The notes: generated by a model not told the origin, from the letters alone. Shown: positions 1-12,300, counted from the first letter of the whole stretch. The stretch is DNA of 63,800 bases, filler included, from Lama guanicoe (GCA_013239625.1; 213 parts of 213 records of this genome joined end to end with filler, not necessarily neighbours in it); one strand, 5' to 3'. Program-made: numbers and translations.

Positions 1-200
1 GCATCATTTCTTGAAAAATCTCTATTATTTATTCTTCCCATACTTGCCAGCTTCAAAGAGCTTGGTGATCATTCATCCATTTACTGTATTTTTATTGAGG
101 GCCTATCTACCGCTCTGCCTTTTAAGGCATAAGCCACTCATGCAAAATACTATAATCGTTGCTAGAACAGGGCTTTGGAGAGGGGGAGGCCAGGTGACCC

Positions 201-300
201 NNNNNNNNNNNNNNNNNNNNNNNNNNNNNNNNNNNNNNNNNNNNTTAATTAATTAANNNNNNNNNNNNNNNNNNNNNNNNNNNNNNNNNNNNNNNNNNNN
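201..300. other. Synthetic linker N44-TTAATTAATTAA-N44 (first of 212 copies; 12-mer at 245-256)
   Basis: Palindromic 12-mer has TAA in all three frames on both strands and recurs exactly every 300 bp. Confidence 0.99.
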
Positions 301-334
301 CTGCAGTCGAGGAACTGCTGGAGGCTCAGTGTGG

Positions 335-500
335 CAACTCAAGAGTTCAAAACTACAGGGGATCCAGTCATAGGAAGGATCCCACAATCCTGTGAGATTT
401 GCCTCCAGAAGTTCAACCAGATTCCCAGAGTAAATATCAGAGAAAAACACACTAGGGCTTCTGGTAGGGAGAGGGGCAAAGGAACCATTTTGAAATGTAC
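335..500 (+). mobile_element. Old L1M 5' region fragment
   Basis: gtaaatatcagagaaaaa...ggagaggggcaaaggaaccattttgaaa resembles recalled L1M 5' UTR consensus. Confidence 0.55.
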
Positions 501-939
501 NNNNNNNNNNNNNNNNNNNNNNNNNNNNNNNNNNNNNNNNNNNNTTAATTAATTAANNNNNNNNNNNNNNNNNNNNNNNNNNNNNNNNNNNNNNNNNNNN
601 TAAAGATTTGGAAAACGATCTGTGAGCTCATATTTTTGCCAGCTGCCACACAGATGTTCAAATACGGTAAAATGTGAGTGAGCTTCTCAGTTGCCATCAG
701 GAGTCAATGGTTCCAAATGCCCCAGGTCTTCCAGGCTGCTCCTCTCTCTTCAACCTGGAAGTTAAGGAGCTCTCTACAAGACTGGCCTGAGAAGGTTGGA
801 NNNNNNNNNNNNNNNNNNNNNNNNNNNNNNNNNNNNNNNNNNNNTTAATTAATTAANNNNNNNNNNNNNNNNNNNNNNNNNNNNNNNNNNNNNNNNNNNN
901 CCTTCTGCTCTGGGTGAGGAAGAGGGAGGCAGCTCTCTT

Positions 940-1045
940 ATAAATACATACTGGTTGGGCACCTACTAGACGCTGAATACCTACCATGTGCCGAGCAAGT
1001 CACTGGATGCTGCTGGTATGACAGCAGCTAGACGGCGCCTTGACG
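940..1045 (-). mobile_element. L2 3' end remnant
   Basis: tgaatacctaccatgtgccgagc...actggatgctg resembles the antisense L2 tail. Confidence 0.5.
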
Positions 1046-1500
1046 AAAGAAGAGAGCGGCAACCGTGGCGAGGAAGGCGCACCCAGCTGTGGGAGCACAG
1101 NNNNNNNNNNNNNNNNNNNNNNNNNNNNNNNNNNNNNNNNNNNNTTAATTAATTAANNNNNNNNNNNNNNNNNNNNNNNNNNNNNNNNNNNNNNNNNNNN
1201 CCTAAGAGGGGGCCGGACCTGGGGCCTGGGACGGGCGCAGGGAAGCCGGTGAGTTCATAAACCACGTGCTGCTGGCTTTCTGTTGCCCGGGGCACCACGC
1301 CACCATCACCCTGTTATTTTTATTAAGGGTTGTTGAGGGGGTGGTTCGCTTGCTAATTACACCTGACGTCCTTAGTAACCACATCTGTGTTTGTGAGGCC
1401 NNNNNNNNNNNNNNNNNNNNNNNNNNNNNNNNNNNNNNNNNNNNTTAATTAATTAANNNNNNNNNNNNNNNNNNNNNNNNNNNNNNNNNNNNNNNNNNNN

Positions 1501-1700
1501 ACCGAGTCCGCGGTTCCGAGGGCGGCGTCCCGCGCCGTCGGACTGAGACCCCTGGGGAGCGCTGGAAAGACGGCACCCGCGGGCTCTGGGGAGAGAAGAG
1601 GAGAGCCGAGGACTGGAGAGAGGACGTCGGGGAAGCGAGGAAAGTCCAGGCAGGAGGCGAGAACGAGAAAGATAAGGGTCCAGATCCCGAGAGTGGTAGG
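1501..1700. promoter_or_regulatory. CpG-island-like fragment
   Basis: Dense CpG and high GC at 1501-1590. Confidence 0.55.
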
Positions 1701-2779
1701 NNNNNNNNNNNNNNNNNNNNNNNNNNNNNNNNNNNNNNNNNNNNTTAATTAATTAANNNNNNNNNNNNNNNNNNNNNNNNNNNNNNNNNNNNNNNNNNNN
1801 GTGTGGGGAGGGTAGAGGGTGTTGGGCAGCACCCCAGTTAGCCCGGCCCACGCCCCTCGAGTTGCCCGGCCGGTACAGACTGGTTCGCCCACCTTTCCCT
1901 CCCCGCCAGCCCCTCTGGCCTGATCCCTGAGAAAACAGAACCAAGAACGTGATGCAACCACCGCCGCTCCGCCCCGGCCACAGGCTCTCCTCACTCAGAG
2001 NNNNNNNNNNNNNNNNNNNNNNNNNNNNNNNNNNNNNNNNNNNNTTAATTAATTAANNNNNNNNNNNNNNNNNNNNNNNNNNNNNNNNNNNNNNNNNNNN
2101 TAGACTCAGCAAGATGAGCTATGGGACGACCCTGTCAGGGTCCTGATCTATGTCCCACCCCCTCACTCGCTGGACCAGACTTTCCTTTACGGCCGAAGAG
2201 GAAGATGGGAAGGGGATGCCTCTGCCCTGCTCTTTTCTTATGCTCTGTGCATGGGGTGGTCAGTCACCCCACTTTCTACCCCTTGTAACCCCCACTTTTC
2301 NNNNNNNNNNNNNNNNNNNNNNNNNNNNNNNNNNNNNNNNNNNNTTAATTAATTAANNNNNNNNNNNNNNNNNNNNNNNNNNNNNNNNNNNNNNNNNNNN
2401 TGCTGCCAAAGCAGGAAACGTGCATGCCTCTGAGAAGCACCAAGAGCTGTGAGGGACAAATGAGTACGGGAGAAAAACGCTCACTACAAACCCGTTTAGT
2501 GTCTACTTGAAAGGACCATTTGAGTAAGATACATTAAAAGGTTGTAAAATATGCAAAAAGTGTTTAGGGTCTAAGTTTTCAAGGTATTCTATTTATTTTT
2601 NNNNNNNNNNNNNNNNNNNNNNNNNNNNNNNNNNNNNNNNNNNNTTAATTAATTAANNNNNNNNNNNNNNNNNNNNNNNNNNNNNNNNNNNNNNNNNNNN
2701 CTGTGTTTGTCTGCACTCCCAGGCCCTGCCTCGGTTAGACTGGCCCCGCTTGCAGGCAGACCGTGCTTGGATAGGGCTC

Positions 2780-2900
2780 CTGGGTGTTCCAGGATCACAC
2801 CCTCTCAGACAGACCGGCTACAGGGGAAAAGGGCTCCTCTCCCTCAGTTATCCTAACAAGAGCCATGGCATTGACCCTGGTGGGACTGACCTGTGCTACT
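2780..2900 (-). mobile_element. MLT1-type (MaLR) LTR remnant
   Basis: aaaagggctcctctccctcagttatcctaacaagagccatggcattgaccctgg resembles antisense old MLT1. Confidence 0.45.
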
Positions 2901-3000
2901 NNNNNNNNNNNNNNNNNNNNNNNNNNNNNNNNNNNNNNNNNNNNTTAATTAATTAANNNNNNNNNNNNNNNNNNNNNNNNNNNNNNNNNNNNNNNNNNNN

Positions 3001-3170
3001 ATACATTGAATTTATAGGTTAAATTGGGAAGAACTGATATCTTAACCATTTTGAGTCATCCTATCCATGAGCATGGACTATCTCCACTTATTTAGTTCTT
3101 TTTTGCTTTTGTTCTTACATGTTGTAGTTTTCCTTATATGAATCTTGTACATATTTTATTAGATTGGTAT
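3001..3170 (-). mobile_element. L1 ORF2 fragment (antisense, decayed)
   Basis: ttgggaagaactgatatcttaac...cctatccatgagcatgga...tagttttccttatatgaatcttgtacatatttt is typical antisense L1M ORF2. Confidence 0.85.
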
Positions 3171-3600
3171 TACTTTGAACAAATTATTATCTGTTAGCTC
3201 NNNNNNNNNNNNNNNNNNNNNNNNNNNNNNNNNNNNNNNNNNNNTTAATTAATTAANNNNNNNNNNNNNNNNNNNNNNNNNNNNNNNNNNNNNNNNNNNN
3301 CTCAGACTAAACAACAGAAAGTGCTTTGTTTTCTTGCCCTGGAAAATGATTTCAAAACTTGCTTCTACTTTTACATCGTTAGGAAGTTTCATGTGACTTT
3401 CTACCATCCTTGGGCCAGCCTTCCTCCCCTCTGAGCCCTCCTCTCCACCACCCACCTGACCTCTTCACCTTCTAGGAAGACACTTTGCTCAGGAGCCACT
3501 NNNNNNNNNNNNNNNNNNNNNNNNNNNNNNNNNNNNNNNNNNNNTTAATTAATTAANNNNNNNNNNNNNNNNNNNNNNNNNNNNNNNNNNNNNNNNNNNN

Positions 3601-3731
3601 GTGAAAGACTCCAAGTGAGATCTGTCCATCTGAGTCCAATGAACTGCAGAGACATGACAGAACTACAAAATATTGTTTTAAGCCACTGAGAATTGGGGTG
3701 ATGTGTTACATTGCAATAGATAACCAGAACA
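3601..3731 (+). mobile_element. MLT1 (MaLR) LTR 3' end
   Basis: ttgttttaagccactgagaattggggtgatgtgttacattgcaatagataaccagaaca is the canonical MLT1 terminus ending in CA. Confidence 0.85.
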
Positions 3732-3900
3732 TGTCAATATTTGTGAACCTGTTGCCAGTGACAGAAGAATAATTTGAACAAAAGGATCTTATAAAACTTC
3801 NNNNNNNNNNNNNNNNNNNNNNNNNNNNNNNNNNNNNNNNNNNNTTAATTAATTAANNNNNNNNNNNNNNNNNNNNNNNNNNNNNNNNNNNNNNNNNNNN

Positions 3901-4100
3901 ATTTGCAAAACAGAAACAGACTCTCAGACATAGAGGACAAACTTGTGGTTATCATGGGGGAGGGGTGGGAAGGATTAATTGGGAACTAGAGATTTATACG
4001 TATAGAACAGATAAACAAGTTCATGCTGTATCTCACAGGGAACTATATCCGATACATTACAGTAACTTACGATGAAAAATAATATGAAAACAAATATATA
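3901..4100 (+). mobile_element. Cetartiodactyl/camelid-type L1 3' UTR
   Basis: aaaacagaaacagactctcagacatagaggacaaacttgtggtt...cacagggaactatatc. Confidence 0.85.
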
Positions 4101-5210
4101 NNNNNNNNNNNNNNNNNNNNNNNNNNNNNNNNNNNNNNNNNNNNTTAATTAATTAANNNNNNNNNNNNNNNNNNNNNNNNNNNNNNNNNNNNNNNNNNNN
4201 GATCACCAGAGTGGACACTGGGTGTGAGCTCCAGTCCACCCTGCTGGGCCGAGTCCCATTTCCCTGTGTCTACCCACAGACCTCAGCAGAACTCGGGAGT
4301 GCTCTGCCTGGAAATCTGATTTCCTGGCTCCCTCAAAGGAAATTTTGATCACTACATTATTGCTGTGTAGGGTTGAGATCATTAAATACCTAAACATGTG
4401 NNNNNNNNNNNNNNNNNNNNNNNNNNNNNNNNNNNNNNNNNNNNTTAATTAATTAANNNNNNNNNNNNNNNNNNNNNNNNNNNNNNNNNNNNNNNNNNNN
4501 TCCAGTCCTGTGCGGAGAGGGAGATTCTGCCTCCAGAAAGCTGCAGATTTTGGCAAGTGCAAGTCGGATGCAGGGGAGACACCGAGTGCCCTGGCCTCAC
4601 CCCGGTAAATTCTAGCGTCTCCCCATGGCGAGAGCTTGGGGCTCACCCCCCCCCCCGAGCCTCAGCCCCTCGGTCACAAAACCAGGCGAGTGGCGACAAG
4701 NNNNNNNNNNNNNNNNNNNNNNNNNNNNNNNNNNNNNNNNNNNNTTAATTAATTAANNNNNNNNNNNNNNNNNNNNNNNNNNNNNNNNNNNNNNNNNNNN
4801 TGTTTATATTGTCCATTATATTAACAGAATCATTTTACATTTGTTTGAACGCTTATTTCCTTGCATCCAACTTGTTTTGATATATTGCCAGAACTTTCTG
4901 TGGAAGGACAGTCCAGAAGACGACCTGTTCAATTTAGCTTTTGTTTTCGACGTGTCAAATATGAATGAAAGGCTTCTTAGAAAAAGGCTGTGAATTTTGT
5001 NNNNNNNNNNNNNNNNNNNNNNNNNNNNNNNNNNNNNNNNNNNNTTAATTAATTAANNNNNNNNNNNNNNNNNNNNNNNNNNNNNNNNNNNNNNNNNNNN
5101 AAAAAAGAAAGGCAAGCTTTCTGAAGTTCAGGCACTTCTTTTCATCCCCTCCACCGAGCGCAGAAATGCTCTTCACAGCCCTCGGCAGGAGGCACGGTGG
5201 AGACTCAGAG

Positions 5211-5253
5211 TCAGTATTCTTCGGAAAACGGGTACTCAGGGTGACCAGCAGCA
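5211..5253 (-). CDS. Candidate terminal coding exon (...AAGHPEYPFSEEY*), gene unidentified
   Basis: Minus-strand acceptor gtccctccttctctttcag followed by T GCT GCT GGT CAC CCT GAG TAC CCG TTT TCC GAA GAA TAC TGA. Confidence 0.4.
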
Positions 5254-6000
5254 CTGAAAGAGAAGGAGGGACAGTCACTCATCAACTCTGTCCTGCTGTC
5301 NNNNNNNNNNNNNNNNNNNNNNNNNNNNNNNNNNNNNNNNNNNNTTAATTAATTAANNNNNNNNNNNNNNNNNNNNNNNNNNNNNNNNNNNNNNNNNNNN
5401 CTTTGTTTTGAAGCATTTTTAGGACTAGGAGAACAAAATCAAGAAATGCTGTAACATCCTGTTTTAACCAACTCTCCCTTTAGCTTTAAAGAAAAAAAGG
5501 GCTTTGTTACATGTTAATGGACAAGAAGTTGCTCGCTCTCATCCAGCGTCGAGAGCACCATCTCTTCTGTGTTCCAGCCATTCCTGCTACAGATGATTAA
5601 NNNNNNNNNNNNNNNNNNNNNNNNNNNNNNNNNNNNNNNNNNNNTTAATTAATTAANNNNNNNNNNNNNNNNNNNNNNNNNNNNNNNNNNNNNNNNNNNN
5701 ACCACCGTTGGCTACAATGGTGAGTCACAGGGAAAGGGCGAAGGTCAGGCGGGGAGGACAGTCAGAGGCGCTGTCAGCTGCGAGCAGTTCAGAGGACCCC
5801 TCCCCAATCCCTTACTGAGAGCAAGTGCTGTGACGGGAAGGAGAACGTGGGCTTGGGCTGCCCCGGAGGGTCTCCCCTGGCTGGGAGGACACAAGGGGAC
5901 NNNNNNNNNNNNNNNNNNNNNNNNNNNNNNNNNNNNNNNNNNNNTTAATTAATTAANNNNNNNNNNNNNNNNNNNNNNNNNNNNNNNNNNNNNNNNNNNN

Positions 6001-6200
6001 AATACTTTATTGTTAAAAAAATGCTAAGCATCATCTGAGCCTTCAGCGGTTTGTAGTAGTAACAGCAAAGACCACAGATCACCCATCCCTGTGACAAACG
6101 TGACAATAATGAAAAAGTTTGAAATGTGGCGAGAATTACCAAAATGTGGCACAGAGGCGAGCAAATGCTGTTGGGAAAACAGCGCCGACAGACTGCCCGA
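6001..6200 (-). mobile_element. Internally deleted Tigger1 derivative (Tigger1a-like)
   Basis: aatactttattgttaaaaaaatgctaa...gagccttcagc from one end of Tigger1 is fused to aataatgaaaaagtttgaaat...gagaattaccaaaatgtg from the other end. Confidence 0.85.
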
Positions 6201-6600
6201 NNNNNNNNNNNNNNNNNNNNNNNNNNNNNNNNNNNNNNNNNNNNTTAATTAATTAANNNNNNNNNNNNNNNNNNNNNNNNNNNNNNNNNNNNNNNNNNNN
6301 GCAAGGTATAAGAATTTACTCACAGAGCCTACAATCCAGGTAGGTAAAAAGTAACTACTCAATAATTCCATTCACCCAGTTAACAATCAACGTAATCATT
6401 CTACGTGGTTCAGAATTTTTGAAAAATGCAAGGATGCTGGAAACCATTACGTTCTGAAGAAAGTAACCAGAAATCAAAAGAAAATACTGCTTCTACATGG
6501 NNNNNNNNNNNNNNNNNNNNNNNNNNNNNNNNNNNNNNNNNNNNTTAATTAATTAANNNNNNNNNNNNNNNNNNNNNNNNNNNNNNNNNNNNNNNNNNNN

Positions 6601-6800
6601 AATACTTTATTGTTAAAAAAATGCTAAGCATCATCTGAGCCTTCAGCGGGTTGTAGTAGTAACAGCAAAGACCACAGATCATCCATCCCTGTGACAAACG
6701 TAACAATAATGAAAAAGTTTGAAATGTGGCGAGAATTACCAAAATGTGGCGCAGAGGCGAGCAAATGCTGTTGGGAAAACAGCGCTGACAGACTGCCCGA
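6601..6800 (-). mobile_element. Second version of the same Tigger1 derivative contig
   Basis: 5 substitutions relative to 6001-6200. Confidence 0.85.
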
Positions 6801-7214
6801 NNNNNNNNNNNNNNNNNNNNNNNNNNNNNNNNNNNNNNNNNNNNTTAATTAATTAANNNNNNNNNNNNNNNNNNNNNNNNNNNNNNNNNNNNNNNNNNNN
6901 CAACCTTTTCCCAACCATCAACCAAAGTTCCAGGCTTTTCTCATCCTGCCTTCCCAGCACCGGAACCTCTCGCGTCTTCAGCGGTCCTTGGTGTTACAGA
7001 GGCAAGTCGTTTTGTTTTCAACTTTTCCTTCCTGTGCTTTTTCACTTACCATCCCCCTGATTCTCATGGGGATGAAAAGGATCCTACACAGAAATGGAAG
7101 NNNNNNNNNNNNNNNNNNNNNNNNNNNNNNNNNNNNNNNNNNNNTTAATTAATTAANNNNNNNNNNNNNNNNNNNNNNNNNNNNNNNNNNNNNNNNNNNN
7201 TAAGAATTTTGAGG

Positions 7215-7400
7215 GAATATGGCTGCAGGAGCTTTAGATATGGTGACCAAGGATATTCTGATGAGATGATGGTTGAACAAAGACCTGAATGAAATGAGGG
7301 AACAAGACATGGCATTATAGGAGGCAGAATAGCAAGTGCAAAAGTCTGGGGGCATGATCATGCTGACAATGTTAAGGAGGAATGGAAATGTGTCTGGATT
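7215..7400 (-). mobile_element. L2 fragment
   Basis: gaacaaagacctgaatgaaatgaggga...ggcagaatagcaagtgcaaaagtctgggggca matches antisense L2. Confidence 0.8.
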
Positions 7401-7500
7401 NNNNNNNNNNNNNNNNNNNNNNNNNNNNNNNNNNNNNNNNNNNNTTAATTAATTAANNNNNNNNNNNNNNNNNNNNNNNNNNNNNNNNNNNNNNNNNNNN

Positions 7501-7700
7501 GGAGGAGGAGCCACAACTGAGAGAGTGGAGGCCTCTTTGGGAGATGGAGCTGCTGGGTCCCCTTTGGGAGAAGGAGCCACAGCTGAGGGAGTAAAGTCCC
7601 CCTTTGGAGGTGGGGGTCTTTTAGGAGATGGGGCTGCTGGGGCCCCTTTGCGGGTAGCAGGGGCTCCTTTGGGAGGTGGGGTAGCTGGGGATCCCTTGGG
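7501..7700 (-). CDS. NACA: Internal fragment of the large muscle-specific exon of NACA (skNAC)
   Basis: Minus strand is open throughout: PKGSPATPPPKGAPATRKGAPAAPSPKRPPPPKGDFTPSAVAPSPKGDPAAPSPKEASTLSVVAPP; the (S/P)PKG(A/D/S)P repeats are characteristic of skNAC. Confidence 0.85.
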
Positions 7701-8100
7701 NNNNNNNNNNNNNNNNNNNNNNNNNNNNNNNNNNNNNNNNNNNNTTAATTAATTAANNNNNNNNNNNNNNNNNNNNNNNNNNNNNNNNNNNNNNNNNNNN
7801 GAATACAGATCATAAAATCTAATTCAGCAGTACCTCCTGCTTGGCCAAATATAATAGTAATCTATCTGGAGTATAAGAACTGGATTTGGTTTCTTTCTAC
7901 CCAGAATTAGCCAATCTGCAAAGTTTAGAGCCAACCATCAAGTTTATAGGGCACACAATTCCTCAGAAGGCCACTTTCCTTTTTAATATCAATTGCCAGT
8001 NNNNNNNNNNNNNNNNNNNNNNNNNNNNNNNNNNNNNNNNNNNNTTAATTAATTAANNNNNNNNNNNNNNNNNNNNNNNNNNNNNNNNNNNNNNNNNNNN

Positions 8101-8230
8101 AGGAGTGGAGGTGGGAGGTGATGGATGTGTTTATTATTGTGATTGTGGCAATGGTGTCACTGGGGTATGCATATGTCTAAACTCACCATATTGTATGTAT
8201 CAGTTACACTTCAAAAAAGCTGTTTTTTAA
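8101..8230 (+). mobile_element. Old L1M 3' terminus
   Basis: ggtgatggatgtgtttattattgtgattgtggcaatggtgtcactggggtatgcatatgtctaaactcacc...cagttacacttcaaaaaagctg. Confidence 0.75.
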
Positions 8231-9449
8231 AAAAAAATTGCAACCATAATTTTTTTTTTTTTAGAAAGACAGAAAGAAAAACAAAGAATTTCACTTTGAT
8301 NNNNNNNNNNNNNNNNNNNNNNNNNNNNNNNNNNNNNNNNNNNNTTAATTAATTAANNNNNNNNNNNNNNNNNNNNNNNNNNNNNNNNNNNNNNNNNNNN
8401 AGTTTTTACTACTTCTTAAAAGCCTCAGAGGAAAGGCAGTTTGAAGCATTTGTGCTATCTTAAGGAAAATGAATTTTTAAAAGAGTCTTAAGCATTACTC
8501 ATAAAATAGGATGATCTTTTCATAAAGCTCCAGGGTAAACAGGGACTACGTAGCATCCTGTCCTCATTGTCTTTACCACCGTAAAGCATTCTGCACACAC
8601 NNNNNNNNNNNNNNNNNNNNNNNNNNNNNNNNNNNNNNNNNNNNTTAATTAATTAANNNNNNNNNNNNNNNNNNNNNNNNNNNNNNNNNNNNNNNNNNNN
8701 GAGCTGTATTATTGATGTGGAAACTTTAAAAAGCAGAAATGTTTTTTAAGGTAGCAAATTTGGAGACTATAGGAGAGTAAGACAATTAATGATAACTTTT
8801 GCTGATTCATTTTCTTGTTTGGTCAAAGACCTAAATGTTATGATTTATTATAGGAATGCACCAGAGGGAAAATATTTCCATTTTTTTTTCTCTTGACAAA
8901 NNNNNNNNNNNNNNNNNNNNNNNNNNNNNNNNNNNNNNNNNNNNTTAATTAATTAANNNNNNNNNNNNNNNNNNNNNNNNNNNNNNNNNNNNNNNNNNNN
9001 TCAGCAGCACCTTGTTACAAATGTAATCTTTACATTTCCATGTTTTACCGTGGAGTGATTACTTAGGGGTTACTATTAAAGAAATTTCCACTCTGCTGAG
9101 TCGGTCTGTATTGGATAGTTTTAAGTTTTAATGTCCCATGTCGCCAACCTTCTAAGAATTCTTATAATATAATTGAAGGTGATTAAAATATCAGAGAACG
9201 NNNNNNNNNNNNNNNNNNNNNNNNNNNNNNNNNNNNNNNNNNNNTTAATTAATTAANNNNNNNNNNNNNNNNNNNNNNNNNNNNNNNNNNNNNNNNNNNN
9301 AAATCAGTTGGTAAGTATTTGTTGAATACATAAATGAATAAAGAATAGCAGCAACTTAGAAAGCAGGATCATTTGAATAAATTAGGATTCTTGGCTGAGT
9401 GGTAGTAGTTGGGACTAATAAAATATTAGGAAGCCTAATTAAGAAGACA

Positions 9450-9500
9450 TATTAGGTTGCTTCCATGTCTTGGCTATTGTATATAGTGCTTCTATGAACA
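9450..9500 (-). mobile_element. L1 3' ORF2 fragment (antisense)
   Basis: ttaggttgcttccatgtcttggctattgtatatagtgcttctatgaaca. Confidence 0.8.
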
Positions 9501-10200
9501 NNNNNNNNNNNNNNNNNNNNNNNNNNNNNNNNNNNNNNNNNNNNTTAATTAATTAANNNNNNNNNNNNNNNNNNNNNNNNNNNNNNNNNNNNNNNNNNNN
9601 GACATGGGGAAGGATCGGGTGACTGGGAGCTGGGAACCTGGGTTCTAATCCAAGGTCTGAGTTCATTGGCCTGTGTTTATTTTAGGCCAGCCGCTCTTTT
9701 GGGGCTGCTATTGCTTCACATTAAAACAAAGATATTAGATGAGATGACTCGAAAAGTCCTTGTAGCATGAACAGACTGTGATTCCTTGTAATTTTAAAAG
9801 NNNNNNNNNNNNNNNNNNNNNNNNNNNNNNNNNNNNNNNNNNNNTTAATTAATTAANNNNNNNNNNNNNNNNNNNNNNNNNNNNNNNNNNNNNNNNNNNN
9901 GTTTTATCTGCCTAATATTTAAGGAGCAAATTGTAGCATAACTGTCTTTGTCTGCCTTCCTTCCTCCCAACACAAAAGGTCAGGGCTCTTAACATTTTCT
10001 TTTTTCAAACCGATTCATTGATGTTTATCATGTTAGTTCAGAAATTGTCCGATTTTTTTTTTTGGCTGCATGTGGTGGGCTGAATGTTGCCCCTCCCCCC
10101 NNNNNNNNNNNNNNNNNNNNNNNNNNNNNNNNNNNNNNNNNNNNTTAATTAATTAANNNNNNNNNNNNNNNNNNNNNNNNNNNNNNNNNNNNNNNNNNNN

Positions 10201-10400
10201 CTTTCTCTGTATGACTTATTTCACTTAGATAATACCTTCAAGGTCCATTTGTGTTGTTGCAAATGGCAAGATTTCATTCTTTTTTATGGCTGAATAATAT
10301 TTCATTATATATATATATACACACACATTTCCTATCCATTCATCCATCAAAGGACTCTTTGGTTGTAAATAATGCGGCAGTGAACATTGGGGTGCATACG
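10201..10400 (-). mobile_element. L1 3' region (antisense)
   Basis: tgacttatttcacttag...gttgcaaatggcaagatttcattcttttttatggctgaataatatttcatt. Confidence 0.9.
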
Positions 10401-11100
10401 NNNNNNNNNNNNNNNNNNNNNNNNNNNNNNNNNNNNNNNNNNNNTTAATTAATTAANNNNNNNNNNNNNNNNNNNNNNNNNNNNNNNNNNNNNNNNNNNN
10501 TCTACCTGAAGAGATAAACATCTTTAATATTTTGGCAAACGTCTTACCAGTTGTTTATATCTTCACAATGGAAAATATACACAATGGAAAATTATAATCC
10601 TATGTAAGCAGATCACCCTCTACTCTGCTCTATCTGTAATCTGCCTTTTTGCCCTTCTCAACCTTATGTCACACCCATCTTTCCAAGTTAGTAAATGTAG
10701 NNNNNNNNNNNNNNNNNNNNNNNNNNNNNNNNNNNNNNNNNNNNTTAATTAATTAANNNNNNNNNNNNNNNNNNNNNNNNNNNNNNNNNNNNNNNNNNNN
10801 GTGTCTTTGAAATGGGAACGGTTAGGGGGCTACACTGTGTGCTAAGCCATTTCAGCTTCTCAGTACCAACGTCACCTACGTGGTCCCTCTCCCCTGCTCA
10901 GCAGGGTCAGGCTGTCATATATAGTCTTCATCCCCATCTCCAGGTGTCCAGTTGGGACATGGGAGCTCCTTACCTGAAAGGAACTATGGAATTCTCTCAA
11001 NNNNNNNNNNNNNNNNNNNNNNNNNNNNNNNNNNNNNNNNNNNNTTAATTAATTAANNNNNNNNNNNNNNNNNNNNNNNNNNNNNNNNNNNNNNNNNNNN

Positions 11101-11300
11101 GATGGATGGATGGATGGATGGGTAGATGGATGGATGGATGGATAGATGGGTGGATGGATGGATGGATGATCAATAGATATATGTGTGTATGGATGGATAG
11201 ATGGATAGATGTATGTATGTATGTATGTATGGATAGATGGATGCATAGATGGATGGATGGATGGATGGATGCATAGTTGGATGGATGGATAGATATATGT
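11101..11300. repeat. (GGAT)n/(GATA)n/(GTAT)n compound microsatellite
   Basis: Direct reading of the sequence. Confidence 0.97.
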
Positions 11301-11400
11301 NNNNNNNNNNNNNNNNNNNNNNNNNNNNNNNNNNNNNNNNNNNNTTAATTAATTAANNNNNNNNNNNNNNNNNNNNNNNNNNNNNNNNNNNNNNNNNNNN

Positions 11401-11600
11401 GCAGCCTGAGAGCCGGGGAGCCCCGTGAGGAAAGGGCTTCGGGAAGTCGGGGAGAGCAGCGGCAGGGGAGAGGACTGAGAGCTCCCTGTGGCGTCAGAAC
11501 CTGGTGGGTGGTGGGGGACCCTGTCGTGAGCAGTTGCAGTGAGTGGGCAACCTTGCTTGGATGGAAAATGAGAGGAATCAGAGGAAGCGAATGGGAACAG
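11401..11600 (-). mobile_element. L2 fragment (decayed)
   Basis: gaggactgagagctccctgtgg...ggggaccctgtcgtgagcagttgcagtgagtgg resembles antisense L2 ORF2. Confidence 0.5.
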
Positions 11601-11700
11601 NNNNNNNNNNNNNNNNNNNNNNNNNNNNNNNNNNNNNNNNNNNNTTAATTAATTAANNNNNNNNNNNNNNNNNNNNNNNNNNNNNNNNNNNNNNNNNNNN

Positions 11701-11870
11701 CCGTGGACTAGAGCAGAGGGAGGGTAACAAAGTCAGAGAGGTCACAAAAGCCAGATGGTAGGGGCTGTGCTGTCCGGACGCTAGGAGGATTGAAGCCATT
11801 GTTGGATAGCTATTTGAGCAATTGAATGACAAAATCTGGTTGTGTTTTTTAAAAAGAACTGCCTTTGCGT
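11701..11870 (-). mobile_element. L2 fragment
   Basis: aagtcagagaggt...gaagccattg...tttgagcaattgaatgacaaaatctggttgtgttttttaaaaagaact. Confidence 0.8.
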
Positions 11871-12300
11871 GCATATGCATGCATGTTGAGAAGGCAACCA
11901 NNNNNNNNNNNNNNNNNNNNNNNNNNNNNNNNNNNNNNNNNNNNTTAATTAATTAANNNNNNNNNNNNNNNNNNNNNNNNNNNNNNNNNNNNNNNNNNNN
12001 ACCTTAGAGGTCACCTCGTTCAAGTTTCTTTTATTTTCTTTTTCTCTTTCTTCTTTATTCTCTTAGAGAAGAAACCGAGGAAAGAAAGACATGCTCAGCA
12101 AGCTGTCACAGGAGGCAGACTGTGACCTCAAGTTAAGTTCATTCTCTGCCATATCTCAGAGTCTCTGTTGGTGTTTATTTCTGCAGAAGTTCACATCAAC
12201 NNNNNNNNNNNNNNNNNNNNNNNNNNNNNNNNNNNNNNNNNNNNTTAATTAATTAANNNNNNNNNNNNNNNNNNNNNNNNNNNNNNNNNNNNNNNNNNNN

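Noticed and set aside
7525..7752. Gly/Ala-rich plus-strand ORF (elastin- or collagen-like)
   Set aside because: Antisense shadow of the skNAC proline-rich exon.
10563..10594. Short direct duplications (cacaatggaaaa twice; similar cases at 55805-55831 and 57705-57750)
   Set aside because: Ordinary slippage duplications with no evidence of function.
11049..11246. His/Pro/Ser/Ile repeat ORF
   Set aside because: Translation of a (GGAT)n microsatellite.
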